A stretch of 64,000 bases of DNA from Candidatus Omnitrophota bacterium (GTDB lineage Bacteria; Omnitrophota; Gorgyraeia; 2-01-FULL-45-10): the NCBI GenBank assembly GCA_030695905.1, contig JAUYOL010000001.1, positions 2,023 to 66,022 of the forward strand, written 5' to 3'. Under the pieces are notes generated by a model. The model was not told the DNA's origin and did not search any database. It saw only the letters and a program-made list of their open reading frames with translations. Positions 37,249-51,874 of the stretch are shown here, piece after piece; position 1 is the first letter of the stretch; every line of letters starts with the position of its first letter. The position numbers and the translations under genes are program-made.

Positions 37249-37746
37249 CTATGCCCAAACAAGTTTTTCTACGCTCTTTTTCGCCGTCTTCGTCGGATAG
37301 AGATCCACTATTATCTCCTCCGGCTCGAACCATAGCTTTATTTCGCGCTCCGATTCCTCCGGATTGGTAGAGGCATGTATAACATTTTCATAAACGCCTT
37401 TTGTTGTTATGCGGCCGTAAGCGCCTCTTATCGAAACGGGATCGGCCTCTTCCGGGTTTGTCGCACCGCAGATATCTCTCACTTTCTTTATCGCGTCCTC
37501 TCCCCAGTATACCAGGGCCATTACTTTCTTCTTGTGGTACTCGCCCATTATATACCTTAGCAGCTCCGGGAAGAACGGCTTATCTTTAAGAAAGATATAG
37601 TGGTTCTCCGCGAGCTCTTGTGAAACCTTTACTATTCTCGCCCCTACGATTTCAAGCTTGGTCTCTGAAAGGCGTGTCAAAATATTGCCCGTAAGAGACT
37701 TCTTTAACCCATCCGGCTTTATCAAAACAAGTGTGGCTTGTTCCAT
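37249..37746 (-). CDS. ndk: Nucleoside diphosphate kinase
   Basis: LVLIKPDG..; NDK fold motifs. Confidence 0.8.
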   Translation of the reverse strand: MEQATLVLIKPDGLKKSLTGNILTRLSETKLEIVGARIVKVSQELAENHYIFLKDKPFFPELLRYIMGEYHKKKVMALVYWGEDAIKKVRDICGATNPEEADPVSIRGAYGRITTKGVYENVIHASTNPEESEREIKLWFEPEEIIVDLYPTKTAKKSVEKLVWA

Positions 37747-37976
37747 AATATCCCCTTATCTATTATGATTCATTGGTACGCTTTTAGGTAAATATTGTAT
37801 TTAACTATAATTTGGATTGTTTGTCAACTGTAAACGGTCTACTTCGCAATCGACTATCATTAAATCGTATGCTTCGTAGAACCTGTCCCTACGAAGCTCA
37901 AAGCTGACCTGCCTCTTCGTAGCTTTAGCGAAGAAGGGAAAGCTTTGAGCGAAGTAGGACGGAAGATTGACTGACC

Positions 37977-38837
37977 CTATGCCTTATTGGATGTTATCAG
38001 GCCCAATATCCTATTTAGGTCTTCCACAGAGTAATATTCTATCTGGATGGTTCCGCGTTTTTTGCCGTGGCATATCTTTACACGCGTGCCGAGCACATGC
38101 TGCAGTTGATTTGCTATATCATCGAGGCCGGCATCTTTTTTAACTTCCCTTTTCTTAGCGCCGGAGGTTCTTCTCGATACCAATTTTTCCGCTTCCCGGA
38201 CAGACAGCCCTTTATTTATTATCAGGTTGCACACCCTGTACTGCTCATTTTCCGTCGGAAGAGTAAGCAGCGCCCTGGCATGCCCTGCCGTGATAGAATT
38301 TTTCGATACATAATCCTGGATCTTTTTCGGTAACGACAATAATCTTATGATATTAGACACTGTCGACTTATCCTTGCCTAAAACCTGGGCTATCTTATCC
38401 TGCGTAAAATTAAACTCCTTGACGAATCTTTCAAAGGCGGTTGCTTCTTCTATCGGGTTCAACTCCTCCCGCTGTATATTCTCTATCAGGGCGATTTCGA
38501 GCATATCTATATCATTAACTTCTTTCACGATCGCCGGTATATTTTCCATATTCAAACGCTTCGCCGCCCTAAACCTTCTTTCTCCGGCAATAAGTTCATA
38601 GCCGTCCTGGGATTTCCTGACCAGTACGGGCTGTATTACGCCTTTTTCCTGTATCGATTTTACAAGATCATTTAACTTTTCTTCGTTAAATTGAACTCGC
38701 GGCTGATATTTGTTTGTCTTAATATCTTTCAACGAGATGTTCATAACTTTTTCTTGTTTTTCTGTGTCAACAAAAACTACCTCTCTTGGTGGAATAAGCG
38801 CGCCCAGACCTCTGCCTAAAGCTCTCTTTTCTATCAT
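37977..38837 (-). CDS. parB: Chromosome partitioning protein ParB
   Basis: RGLGALI N-terminus; GERRFRAA motif; HTH. Confidence 0.85.
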   Translation of the reverse strand: MIEKRALGRGLGALIPPREVVFVDTEKQEKVMNISLKDIKTNKYQPRVQFNEEKLNDLVKSIQEKGVIQPVLVRKSQDGYELIAGERRFRAAKRLNMENIPAIVKEVNDIDMLEIALIENIQREELNPIEEATAFERFVKEFNFTQDKIAQVLGKDKSTVSNIIRLLSLPKKIQDYVSKNSITAGHARALLTLPTENEQYRVCNLIINKGLSVREAEKLVSRRTSGAKKREVKKDAGLDDIANQLQHVLGTRVKICHGKKRGTIQIEYYSVEDLNRILGLITSNKA

Positions 38838-39691
38838 TTAATTTCTCCCCCGCTAATTTGTTTTAATTCTTTGTCATCATTTGAGTTATGTTTAATATTA
38901 TCATCTACACTTTGCTCAACATGTGTGTCTTTCTTAATGCCTAACAATTCATTCGCGAAATCTTCATACTTCTTTGCCGCGATTGAATTTTTATCATACA
39001 TAGCTATGGGTTTACCAAACCCCGGAGCTTCCGCCAAACGGATATTACGCGGTATCACCGTAGTATAAACTTTGTTACCAAAAAATTTCTTTACTTCATT
39101 TATAACTTCGTTGGTAAGATTGGTACGATAATCGGCCATGGTCAATAAAACACCTTCGACTTCCAGGCCTGTATTTATATTTTCTTTAACAAGATTTATA
39201 GTATTCACCAACTGACCTAATCCTTCGAGCGCATAATATTCGCATTGGATCGGTATAAGCACCGCATTTGCGGCGGAAAGGGCATTCACCGTCAAAAGCC
39301 CGAGCGACGGAGGACAATCTATCAGTATAAAGTCAAATTCGTTTAAAAGACCCGCCAGGGCCTTTTTAAGCTTATGCTCACGGCCTAATATTCCTACTAA
39401 TTCGACTTCGGCTCCGGTTAGATTCAGGTTGGATGGGAACAGAAACAAATTATTGACTTGGGTGCTGATCATAATGGATCTTGGATCCGCGTCATCTATC
39501 AATAGATGATAAACACTATGTTTAATATCATGCTTATTTATGCCAAGACCGCTTGTGGCGTTGCCTTGTGGGTCAATATCGATCAACAGTGTTTTTTTGC
39601 CGGATAAGGCGAGATATGTGGCGAGATTTATCGCGGTTGTTGTTTTGCCAACACCGCCTTTTTGATTACAGAGCGCTATTACTTTTGCCAT
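38834..39691 (-). CDS. parA: Chromosome partitioning ATPase ParA/Soj
   Basis: KGGVGKTT deviant Walker A; 285 aa. Confidence 0.9.
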   Translation of the reverse strand: MAKVIALCNQKGGVGKTTTAINLATYLALSGKKTLLIDIDPQGNATSGLGINKHDIKHSVYHLLIDDADPRSIMISTQVNNLFLFPSNLNLTGAEVELVGILGREHKLKKALAGLLNEFDFILIDCPPSLGLLTVNALSAANAVLIPIQCEYYALEGLGQLVNTINLVKENINTGLEVEGVLLTMADYRTNLTNEVINEVKKFFGNKVYTTVIPRNIRLAEAPGFGKPIAMYDKNSIAAKKYEDFANELLGIKKDTHVEQSVDDNIKHNSNDDKELKQISGGEIK

Positions 39692-39707
39692 CTTACTTTA
39701 TGTATTA

Positions 39708-39723
39708 GTTTTCACGTGACAAC
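39708..39723. promoter_or_regulatory. parS-like site GTTTTCACGTGACAAC
   Basis: Imperfect inverted repeat around CACGTG, about 12 of 16 matches to TGTTTCACGTGAAACA; 17 nt upstream of parA. Confidence 0.35.
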
Positions 39724-39788
39724 TATTAGCCATGCCGTACACTACAAACAGATATTACACTACGTTTTCAGTAAAGTCAAGCCCTGCA

Positions 39789-41372
39789 TTATGTCTTTTT
39801 CAATATTACAGACTGCTCAACTATTGTCAGCACAGTATTCACCACCCAGTAAAGCACCATACCGGAGGGCATGTTATAAAATATGAACCCAAACATTATC
39901 GGCATTATGACAAGCATTATCTTTTGCTGCTGTCTTTGCTCTTCGGTAACGGCTCCGCCCATAACTTTAGACGATATCTTCTGCTGAACAACCATAAGCG
40001 CTACCATCATCAGTGGTAATACGTTTATGCTGTTGCCGAATATCGGCAAGGAGAATGGTATGCCCACGGCGTCCGGCATAGAAAGATCGCTTATCCATAA
40101 AAAGCTGGCGCCCCTTAAATCTATCGATTTTGTAAGCGCCTGGTATAACGCGACAAATATCGGCATTTGAAGTAAAAGAGGCAGGCAACCACTTAATGGA
40201 TTTATCTTATATTTTTTGTACAGCTCTAATACTTCTTTATTGAGTTTTTGCGGATTATCTTTGTTCTGCGCCTTGAGCTTTTCCATTTGTGGATGCAGTT
40301 CGTGCATCTTCTGCATAGACTGGAAACTTTTTAATGTGAGAGGGAAGAGCACTATATTTAAGAATATCGATATAAGTATTATCGACAGCCCCCAGTTGTG
40401 AACGAGCTTATAGAAGAAAGCTGTGATCACCAGCAACAGCTTTGCTATGCCACCAAAAAATCCATAATTTATCGACTCTTCAAATTCTAAGCCTAACTTC
40501 TTGAGTTCCGCACCGATACTTGGACCCGCATATAAAACGAATTTATTCTCCACTGAAGAATTTGCGGGGATCAAAAGCTTTTCCATTTCGATTCCGGAAT
40601 ATATCTTATCTCCTGCGGCATATCCGTGATACTGACTTTTTGTTTGCCCATACGGCTTCATTATGAGCGAGAAATATCTTGTTTTTGCCGCAACCCAACT
40701 AACTATCCCTGGATTTACAATAACATTTTTGTTGGGTCTTTTGAAACCAACCGTCTTACCATCAACTTTTGAGATTACCTCAATTAGATTCTTGTCCTCG
40801 GTCCTTGGTTCAACCAGGCCCGATCCGGATATAATTTTGTATCCGAGTTCGGCAGGAGACGATGAGTAGTTTTTCACTAAGAGTTGTAACTCTATTACAT
40901 TGCTTGAGTTGCGTAAAGTATATATTTTTACTATCTCCAAATTCTTTATCGCCAGGGTGTAAATAATCTTGTTGTCATCGCTATCAAGTTTATATGCCAT
41001 TTGATTCAATGGCAAAGCGCCAAGCGTGTCATTAATGGAAAAAAGATAGTTCGAGGGGGTTTTTTCTTCAACCAGCGGCATCGGGTCGTTAGATTTCAGT
41101 TTTTTATAGTTCCTTAACTCTATTTTCTTGATAGCGCCGCCGATATTGCTGAATGTAACTATATATCTGTCGGTAGATGCCAAAAACTCCTTTTCGTCAG
41201 CGGGAGGGGTTGGCGTAAGATACTGTATATTTTCAACCTCTTTTTCTTTTACCACCGCGGCTTCCTGCGTCTTACCGGGCATGGGCGCTTGTTTTGGCGA
41301 CGGAAACAGGTATTGGAACCCCACTATTATAAGCACTGAGAAGGCTATAGCTAAAATCAGTTTTTTTTCCAT
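39789..41372 (-). CDS. yidC: Membrane protein insertase YidC
   Basis: 527 aa; N-terminal TM, large periplasmic domain, 5-TM C-terminal core. Confidence 0.85.
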   Translation of the reverse strand: MEKKLILAIAFSVLIIVGFQYLFPSPKQAPMPGKTQEAAVVKEKEVENIQYLTPTPPADEKEFLASTDRYIVTFSNIGGAIKKIELRNYKKLKSNDPMPLVEEKTPSNYLFSINDTLGALPLNQMAYKLDSDDNKIIYTLAIKNLEIVKIYTLRNSSNVIELQLLVKNYSSSPAELGYKIISGSGLVEPRTEDKNLIEVISKVDGKTVGFKRPNKNVIVNPGIVSWVAAKTRYFSLIMKPYGQTKSQYHGYAAGDKIYSGIEMEKLLIPANSSVENKFVLYAGPSIGAELKKLGLEFEESINYGFFGGIAKLLLVITAFFYKLVHNWGLSIILISIFLNIVLFPLTLKSFQSMQKMHELHPQMEKLKAQNKDNPQKLNKEVLELYKKYKINPLSGCLPLLLQMPIFVALYQALTKSIDLRGASFLWISDLSMPDAVGIPFSLPIFGNSINVLPLMMVALMVVQQKISSKVMGGAVTEEQRQQQKIMLVIMPIMFGFIFYNMPSGMVLYWVVNTVLTIVEQSVILKKT

Positions 41373-41390
41373 GATATTCCTTTATATTGT

Positions 41391-41600
41391 TTACTTTACA
41401 GGGTCATATCCGCCGCGTGAGAACGGGTTGCAGCGTAAAACTCTCCAAATGCTTCTTACGCCGCCGGAGATTACCCCGTGTTTTTGAACAGCCTCTATGG
41501 CATATTCTGAACAGGACGGATAAAATCTGCAGCAACGTATGTTTATTATTGACAAATACTTACGATAAAACTTCAAGGCCGATATTACTATATACTTCAT
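41391..41600 (-). CDS. yidD: Membrane protein insertion efficiency factor YidD
   Basis: 69 aa; LKFYRKYLS...[11 protein letters not shown]. Confidence 0.8.
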   Translation of the reverse strand: MKYIVISALKFYRKYLSIINIRCCRFYPSCSEYAIEAVQKHGVISGGVRSIWRVLRCNPFSRGGYDPVK

Positions 41601-41983
41601 ACTAATATCCTTGCTTTTCTGGCCAGGTTTAAAAAAATGTTTTCGGCATCCTTATAAGAAAATTTTACCGCGGGATCTTTTCTCACAACGAGTGTCATGT
41701 CAAATCCGTTTTTGAGTTTCCCCTTGGTCAGTCGAAAAACCTCACGGAACAATCTGCGCACACGGTTGCGCCTAAAAGCTTTCTTGATGCTCCTGGAACT
41801 TATCGAAAACCCTATACGGTTTAGGCTTAAGGTGTTGGGCAGGACTTTTAGAACAAACGGCCCGCTGGATAATGAGCTTCCGGATTTATAGATCTTCCTG
41901 AATTCGCCCGTTTTTATCAGGCGCTCTTTTTTTGGGAAAGTCCGAGGACCAGATAATGCAGTTTTCTCGTCGGAGCCCATCAT
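41597..41983 (-). CDS. rnpA: RNase P protein component
   Basis: 128 aa, basic; rpmH-rnpA-yidD-yidC synteny. Confidence 0.8.
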   Translation of the reverse strand: MMGSDEKTALSGPRTFPKKERLIKTGEFRKIYKSGSSLSSGPFVLKVLPNTLSLNRIGFSISSRSIKKAFRRNRVRRLFREVFRLTKGKLKNGFDMTLVVRKDPAVKFSYKDAENIFLNLARKARILV

Positions 41984-42117
41984 ACGGTGAGCTTATATCT
42001 GCCCTTCTGTCTTCGTCTTTTTAAAACAGCTCTGCCATGGCGCGTGCGCATTTTCTTCCTGAATCCGTGCGTTCTCTTTCTCTTAATATTAGAGCCGGCT
42101 TTTAAAGTATACTTCAT
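41980..42117 (-). CDS. rpmH: 50S ribosomal protein L34 (not in ORF track)
   Basis: Hand translation [45 protein letters not shown]; stop TGA overlaps the rnpA ATG (ATGA). Confidence 0.75.
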   Translation of the reverse strand: MKYTLKAGSNIKRKRTHGFRKKMRTRHGRAVLKRRRQKGRYKLTV

Positions 42118-42325
42118 TGGTTTGGTCCTTTCGTAAATTTATTGGAAGATTGATTATACCACAACGTCTTGCCGAGTCAATCTTTTTGTTTTTGCTTGCA
42201 ATTACAATTTTTTTCCTCTATAATGGGTGCGATTCTGGAAGGTTTTTGTTAACAACCTGTGTATAACCTATGTGCTACATATGGAAAAACGGCGTATTCA
42301 CTGTGGATAATTTTTGGCAGGATAA
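42118..42325. other. oriC / dnaA promoter region with DnaA boxes
   Basis: TGTGGATAA (42302-42310) and TGTGTATAA (42258-42266) are reverse complements of TTATCCACA-type boxes. Promoter TTGCAA-N17-TATAAT at 42195-42223; AT-rich; divergent rpmH and dnaA. Confidence 0.6.
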
Positions 42326-43699
42326 ATGACAAGCAACGACTCTTCAATCTGGCTCAGGGCCAGAGAATTTATAAAGAAAGATCTCGATAACGACCAGGTA
42401 TTTAATATTTGGTTCGGCCCTATCAGGCTTGTGTCTTCGACAGAAAGCTCCATAACGCTGGAGGTCCAGAACAAGTTATTCCAGGAGATGCTTCTCGACC
42501 GCTATCTGAAGATCATAAATTCCAGCGTCGCTAAATCGTGCGGCAAGGAGATGCGCGTTGAATTCGTATTAACGGAGTCTTCCGACGCGCCCAAACAGGC
42601 GCAGCCTCAGGATATACCAAAAACTCCCGGCAAACCATTCTGGCCTTTTGCGCGCGAAAAACAGGATACCGGCAAAGAGATAGGCTTAAACCCGAGATAT
42701 ACATTCGATAGCTTTGTCGTCGGGCCAAGCAACCGGTTCGCGCATGCCGCGACAAACGCCGTATGCGATTCCCCCGCAAAAGCATATAATCCTTTGTTCA
42801 TCTACGGCGGCGTCGGTTTGGGTAAGACCCATCTAATGCACGCTATCGGCCACAAGGCTTTACAAAGGGCTCCGAAGACAAAAATATTATACATATCCAG
42901 CGAGGACTTTACAAACCAACTCATAGCTTCTATACAAAACAGGACCACCATGAAGTTCCGGGAAAAATACCGCAATGTCGATATCCTTCTCATAGATGAT
43001 ATACATTTTATCGCCGGCAAGGAGTCGACACAGGAAGAATTTTTCCATACATTCAATACTCTTTACGACGCGCATAAGCAGATAGTCGTTTCCAGCGACA
43101 GGCCGCCAAAAGAGATACAGTCTCTCGAGGAAAGGCTTGTCTCCAGGTTTGAGTGGGGGCTTGTCACCGACATCCAGCCGCCTGATTTTGAAACGCGAAT
43201 GGCCATATTGAAGAAAAAGTCCGAGCGCGACGGAATAGTTTTGCCCGACGATGTATACTACTTCCTGGCGGAGAAAGTAAAGTCTAACATCCGCGAGCTT
43301 GAAGGTGCGCTCATACGCGTTGTGGCATACGCGAAGCTTATAGGCAGAGAGATAACCGTGGATATGGTTAAAGAGGTTTTAAAAGACATGATCCGTGAAG
43401 GTGAAAAAAATATAACGATCGATTTAATACAGAAAAAGGTGTGTGAGTATTTTGATATCAAGCTATCTGATATGAAGGTAAAAAAGCGTTCGCGGGGCAT
43501 AGCATACCCAAGACAGATAGCAATGTATTTAGCCCGTCAGCTCACGGATTACTCTCTACCTGAAATAGGCGAATACTTTGGCGGCAGGGACCATACCACG
43601 GTAATGCATGCCTTTGATAAGATACAAAATGATCTAAAGATTAAGAAGGGTTTGAGTAGTTTGATTGAAAGGGTTACCGAAAACATACAGTCGTCTTAG
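42326..43699 (+). CDS. dnaA: Chromosomal replication initiator DnaA
   Basis: GGVGLGKTHLMHAIG Walker A; AAA+ domain III and C-terminal DNA-binding domain IV. Confidence 0.95.
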   Translation: MTSNDSSIWLRAREFIKKDLDNDQVFNIWFGPIRLVSSTESSITLEVQNKLFQEMLLDRYLKIINSSVAKSCGKEMRVEFVLTESSDAPKQAQPQDIPKTPGKPFWPFAREKQDTGKEIGLNPRYTFDSFVVGPSNRFAHAATNAVCDSPAKAYNPLFIYGGVGLGKTHLMHAIGHKALQRAPKTKILYISSEDFTNQLIASIQNRTTMKFREKYRNVDILLIDDIHFIAGKESTQEEFFHTFNTLYDAHKQIVVSSDRPPKEIQSLEERLVSRFEWGLVTDIQPPDFETRMAILKKKSERDGIVLPDDVYYFLAEKVKSNIRELEGALIRVVAYAKLIGREITVDMVKEVLKDMIREGEKNITIDLIQKKVCEYFDIKLSDMKVKKRSRGIAYPRQIAMYLARQLTDYSLPEIGEYFGGRDHTTVMHAFDKIQNDLKIKKGLSSLIERVTENIQSS

Positions 43700-43856
43700 G
43701 TTTTATTGTGGATAAGCCTGTGGGCTTTGTGGTTAAGTTAATTTTACACAACATCTTGGGGCAAAATAGGTTGGTAACTTATACACACTATCAACACCAC
43801 TACTAATGCTACTACTATTTTCTTATCTATAGAATAATAACAGAAGAGGTGAGTGA
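43700..43856. promoter_or_regulatory. dnaA-dnaN intergenic DnaA-box cluster
   Basis: TGTGGATAA at 43707-43715; TTATACACA at 43779-43787 and an adjacent TATCAACAC; AT-rich. Confidence 0.5.
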
Positions 43857-44948
43857 ATGAAGTTTGACACGACAAAGGATGTTCTAACAAAAGGAATACA
43901 AGACGTCCAAAGCGCCATAAACCCAAAAACAACATTACCGATACTATCGAACATATTAATGGAAACCGGCAAAGATAATCTATCACTCACAGCAACAGAC
44001 CTTGATATAGGCATAATATCAAACATACAAGTTAAACCAGGGACAGAGGGGGCTATAACCATCCCGGCAAAGAAATTTTTCGATATTATAAAAGAATTAC
44101 CCGAAGGGGATGTGTCTGTATCGGTAAAAAAGAACAATTTAGTGCACATAGAATGCCCAAGCTGTTTATTTAAGATAATGGGCCTGCCAAAAGATGAATT
44201 TCCTCAATTACCGGATTTTAAAGACAAGGACTCAATAGCGATACAACGGCCGAGACTGAAAAAGATGATCGCGATGACAAGTTTCGCGATAAGCCGCGAT
44301 GAAACAAGGTATGTGTTAAACGGTGTATTGTTTATAATAAAGCCAACATATATAAGGATGGTGGCAACTGATGGGCGCCGACTCGCAATGGTGGAAGAAA
44401 AGATACAGGCGCCAAAGACGCAGGAAAGAAAGGTTATAATACCGGCCAAGACTATAGCGGAGCTTGGGAAGTTGTTGGGAGATGAAGGCGAGGTTAAGGT
44501 TTGTTTTGGGAATAATCAGGTGCTGTTTGATATGGGCGGGACAAAAGTTGTGTCGCGGCTTATTGAGGGAGAATTCCCAAACTACGAACAGGTAGTGCCC
44601 AAAGAGGTTAAGGACAAGATTGGTGTGTCGCGGGTAAAGCTTCTTGCGGCGACAAAAAGAGCCGCGTTGTTTACAAATACCGACTCTCTCGCAGTCAAGA
44701 TAGAATTATCCAAAGACAAGATGGTTCTTTCAAAGAGCGCACCGTATATAGGCGAAGCGCGCGAAGAGATCGTGGTTGATTACAAGGGCAAAGACATTGC
44801 GATAGGGTTCAACCCTGATTATCTTGTAGACGCGTTAAAAAACATAAATGAAGAAACTGTAAACCTTGAAATTTCCGACCCTGAAAAGCCGGGGGTGATA
44901 AGAATAGGCAATGAATATGTTTATGTAGTACTGCCGATGCAGTTATAA
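43857..44948 (+). CDS. dnaN: DNA polymerase III beta sliding clamp
   Basis: 363 aa three-domain clamp; follows dnaA. Confidence 0.9.
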   Translation: MKFDTTKDVLTKGIQDVQSAINPKTTLPILSNILMETGKDNLSLTATDLDIGIISNIQVKPGTEGAITIPAKKFFDIIKELPEGDVSVSVKKNNLVHIECPSCLFKIMGLPKDEFPQLPDFKDKDSIAIQRPRLKKMIAMTSFAISRDETRYVLNGVLFIIKPTYIRMVATDGRRLAMVEEKIQAPKTQERKVIIPAKTIAELGKLLGDEGEVKVCFGNNQVLFDMGGTKVVSRLIEGEFPNYEQVVPKEVKDKIGVSRVKLLAATKRAALFTNTDSLAVKIELSKDKMVLSKSAPYIGEAREEIVVDYKGKDIAIGFNPDYLVDALKNINEETVNLEISDPEKPGVIRIGNEYVYVVLPMQL

Positions 44949-44952
44949 TTTT

Positions 44953-49076
<4,124 letters not shown>

Positions 49077-49085
49077 AGGAGAGAC

Positions 49086-51686
49086 ATGTACGCGAGAAAT
49101 GAAAAATTAGTTCCGGTATACATAGAAGAGGAGATGAAAGACTCCTATATAAATTATGCTATGAGCGTTATCGTTGGCCGCGCTCTTCCGGATGTGCGCG
49201 ACGGGTTGAAGCCCGTTCATCGTCGTATATTATTTGCGATGAAAGAACTCGGCGTAGAGCATTCCAAGCCCTACAAGAAATGCGCCCGTATAGTCGGAGA
49301 GGTTTTGGGAAAGTTCCACCCTCATGGAGATGTCGCCGTGTATGATACTCTTGTGAGAATGGCGCAGGATTTTTCTTTAAGGTATCCTTTAATAGAGGGC
49401 CAGGGGAACTTCGGATCTGTCGACGGAGATTCGCCGGCCGCTATGAGGTATACCGAAGCCAGGCTTAGCCGCATAACAGATTACATGCTTCTCGATATAG
49501 AAAAGAACACAGTCGACTTTATGCCGAACTTTGACGGATCGCTCGAAGAGCCGATGGTTCTGCCGGCATGCCTTCCGAATTTGTTAGTAAATGGTTCAAG
49601 TGGTATAGCGGTTGGCATGGCTACAAACATCCCGCCGCATAACCTGACAGAAGTCGCGCAGGCCGTGATGTTTGTTATAGACGATCCAAGCTGTGACCCT
49701 AAAGATCTTTTAAAGATAGTCAAAGGTCCGGACTTCCCCACGGGCGGTATTATAAGAGGTTATGAAGGTATTAAGAATGCGTACTCAACGGGCAGGGGGC
49801 TGTTAAGGGTTCACGCAAAAGCATTCATAGAAGAACAGAAGAATGGGAAAGAAACAATTATAGTAAAAGAACTGCCATATCAGGTCAACAAGGCCAATCT
49901 TATCGAAACGATAGCGGACCTTATCACAGATAAGAAGATCGACGGTATAACGGACTTGAGAGACGAGTCGGATAAAGACGGCATGCGCATCGTCATAGAG
50001 ATAAGGCGCGGCGCTAACGCAAAAGTTATACTAAACCAGCTCTACAAACACACCCAGATGCAGACGACATTCGGCGTGATAATGCTGGCGCTGGTTGAGG
50101 GCCGGCCCAGGGTTCTTAACTTAAAAGAGGTTTTGGAAGAATTCATCCGCCACAGAAAAGAGATCGTTATCCGTCGGACGAAATACGATCTTGAGAAAGC
50201 GCAGGATCGCGCCCACATTCTGGAAGGATTAAAGATTGCCTTAAAGGAACTGGACAAGGTCATAAAGATAATACGCGGCTCAAAAGACCCGCAGGAAGCG
50301 AAGGCCGAGTTAATAAAAAAGATAGGGCTGTCCGACAGGCAGGCGCAAGCTATTCTTGAAATGCAGTTACAGCGCCTTACGCATCTGGAGCGCGACAAAA
50401 TTGACAAAGAATACCTGGAGCTGATAAAGAAGATAGAATTATTCAAATCTATCTTAGAGAGCGAAAAAAAGGTCCTCGAGATAATCAAGCAGGAGATGAA
50501 AGATCTGATAGAAAAGTTCGGAGACGCGCGCAGGACGGATATATTGCCGGAGACCGAAGAACTTGATATAGAGGACCTCATAGCCGAAGAGGACGTTGTC
50601 ATAACGATAAGTCACGCCGGCTATATTAAGAGGCTGCCGGTTTCAGGATACAGGAAGCAGCGGCGCGGCGGTAAAGGTGTTACGGGCGCAGACATGAAAG
50701 AAGAGGACTTTATAGAGCACCTCTTCATAGCTTCTACCCACGACTACATGCTATTTTTTACCGACAAAGGCATAGTGCATTGGCTTAAGGTGCATGAAAT
50801 ACCCGAAGCCGGGCGCACTTCCAAAGGAAGACCCATAGTGAATTTGCTTACCCTTGGCGCCGGAGAGAAGGTAAGCGCCTTTGTCCCGGTAAGACAATTC
50901 AAAGAGGGCGAATTCCTGGTGATGGCCACCAAAAACGGCACGATAAAAAAGACGGCCCTTACGGCATATTCGAATCCGAGAAAAGGCGGCATTATTGGCA
51001 TAACTCTTGAGAAGGACGATGAGCTTATCGAAGTCCAGCGCACCGACGGGAACGCCGAACTGCTTATGGCCACGCGCGAAGGCAAGGCGATACGCTTTAA
51101 AGAATCACAAGTCCGGGATATGGGCCGCGGCGCAAAAGGTGTGCGCGGGATAAATCTCGGCAAGAAAGACGCGCTGATAGCGATGGAAGTGGCGAAGGCC
51201 GACCAGACGATTCTTACAGTCACGCAGGAAGGCTTCGGTAAGCGCACACTATTTAAAGAATATCGCATACAATCGCGCGGCGGCAAGGGTATAATCAATA
51301 TAAAAGTCACCGGCAAGAACGGCGAAGCCGTCGGAATAAAGACAGTTTCCGATAGAGATGAAATTATGCTTATTACAGAAAAGGGCATGATAGTCCGTTC
51401 GCCGATCAAGGATATTAGGGCGACAGGCCGTTCAACGCAGGGCGTGAGGCTCATGAAACTTGACAAGGGTGATAAAATATCCTCTGTGGCAAAGATAGTC
51501 CCCGAGGATGAGGCAGCGGAAGAAGAGAAGATAAAAGAAGCGGGGGCCAGCGCTGGGAAGGAAACTCCCGCTCCCAAGAAAGAAGAAGCGGCTGTAAAAG
51601 AAGAAGCAAAGAAAGAAGTTATAAAAAAAGAGGAAGTAGAGCAGAAAAAATCGCCTAAGAAAAAAGCTATAAGGCGCAAAAAATAA
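49086..51686 (+). CDS. gyrA: DNA gyrase subunit A
   Basis: [10 protein letters not shown] active-site Tyr region; beta-pinwheel C-terminal domain; KE-rich acidic/basic tail. Confidence 0.95.
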   Translation: MYARNEKLVPVYIEEEMKDSYINYAMSVIVGRALPDVRDGLKPVHRRILFAMKELGVEHSKPYKKCARIVGEVLGKFHPHGDVAVYDTLVRMAQDFSLRYPLIEGQGNFGSVDGDSPAAMRYTEARLSRITDYMLLDIEKNTVDFMPNFDGSLEEPMVLPACLPNLLVNGSSGIAVGMATNIPPHNLTEVAQAVMFVIDDPSCDPKDLLKIVKGPDFPTGGIIRGYEGIKNAYSTGRGLLRVHAKAFIEEQKNGKETIIVKELPYQVNKANLIETIADLITDKKIDGITDLRDESDKDGMRIVIEIRRGANAKVILNQLYKHTQMQTTFGVIMLALVEGRPRVLNLKEVLEEFIRHRKEIVIRRTKYDLEKAQDRAHILEGLKIALKELDKVIKIIRGSKDPQEAKAELIKKIGLSDRQAQAILEMQLQRLTHLERDKIDKEYLELIKKIELFKSILESEKKVLEIIKQEMKDLIEKFGDARRTDILPETEELDIEDLIAEEDVVITISHAGYIKRLPVSGYRKQRRGGKGVTGADMKEEDFIEHLFIASTHDYMLFFTDKGIVHWLKVHEIPEAGRTSKGRPIVNLLTLGAGEKVSAFVPVRQFKEGEFLVMATKNGTIKKTALTAYSNPRKGGIIGITLEKDDELIEVQRTDGNAELLMATREGKAIRFKESQVRDMGRGAKGVRGINLGKKDALIAMEVAKADQTILTVTQEGFGKRTLFKEYRIQSRGGKGIINIKVTGKNGEAVGIKTVSDRDEIMLITEKGMIVRSPIKDIRATGRSTQGVRLMKLDKGDKISSVAKIVPEDEAAEEEKIKEAGASAGKETPAPKKEEAAVKEEAKKEVIKKEEVEQKKSPKKKAIRRKK

Positions 51687-51693
51687 TTTAAGC

Positions 51694-51771
51694 GCCCCCA
51701 TCGTCTAGCCTGGTCTAGGACATCAGATTTTCATTCTGATGACACCGGTTCGAATCCGGTTGGGGGTGCCA
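51694..51771 (+). tRNA. tRNA-Glu (anticodon TTC)
   Basis: Acceptor GCCCCCA/TGGGGGT, D-arm GTCTAGCCTGGTCTAGGAC, anticodon loop TTTTCAT, T-arm ACCGGTTCGAATCCGGT, encoded CCA; starts 8 nt after the gyrA stop. Confidence 0.85.
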
Positions 51772-51874
51772 CTCCTTAAAAAAACACCCAAATACAACAC
51801 CCCGGTTAGGAATTTCAAAAGCTGGCTATCTTTTCATTGACTTAACGTTATTCTGTGGTACAATCTCCCTACGT

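Noticed and set aside
37223-37333. Track ORF for yicC extends 37 codons upstream and overlaps the ndk C-terminus
   Set aside because: YicC family proteins start at MTGFG. The extension is an artefact of an upstream in-frame ATG.
51490-51686. K/E/A-rich low-complexity tail at the end of gyrA, possibly a separate gene or repeat
   Set aside because: It is in frame and contiguous with the GyrA CTD. It is a charged tail, not a separate feature.
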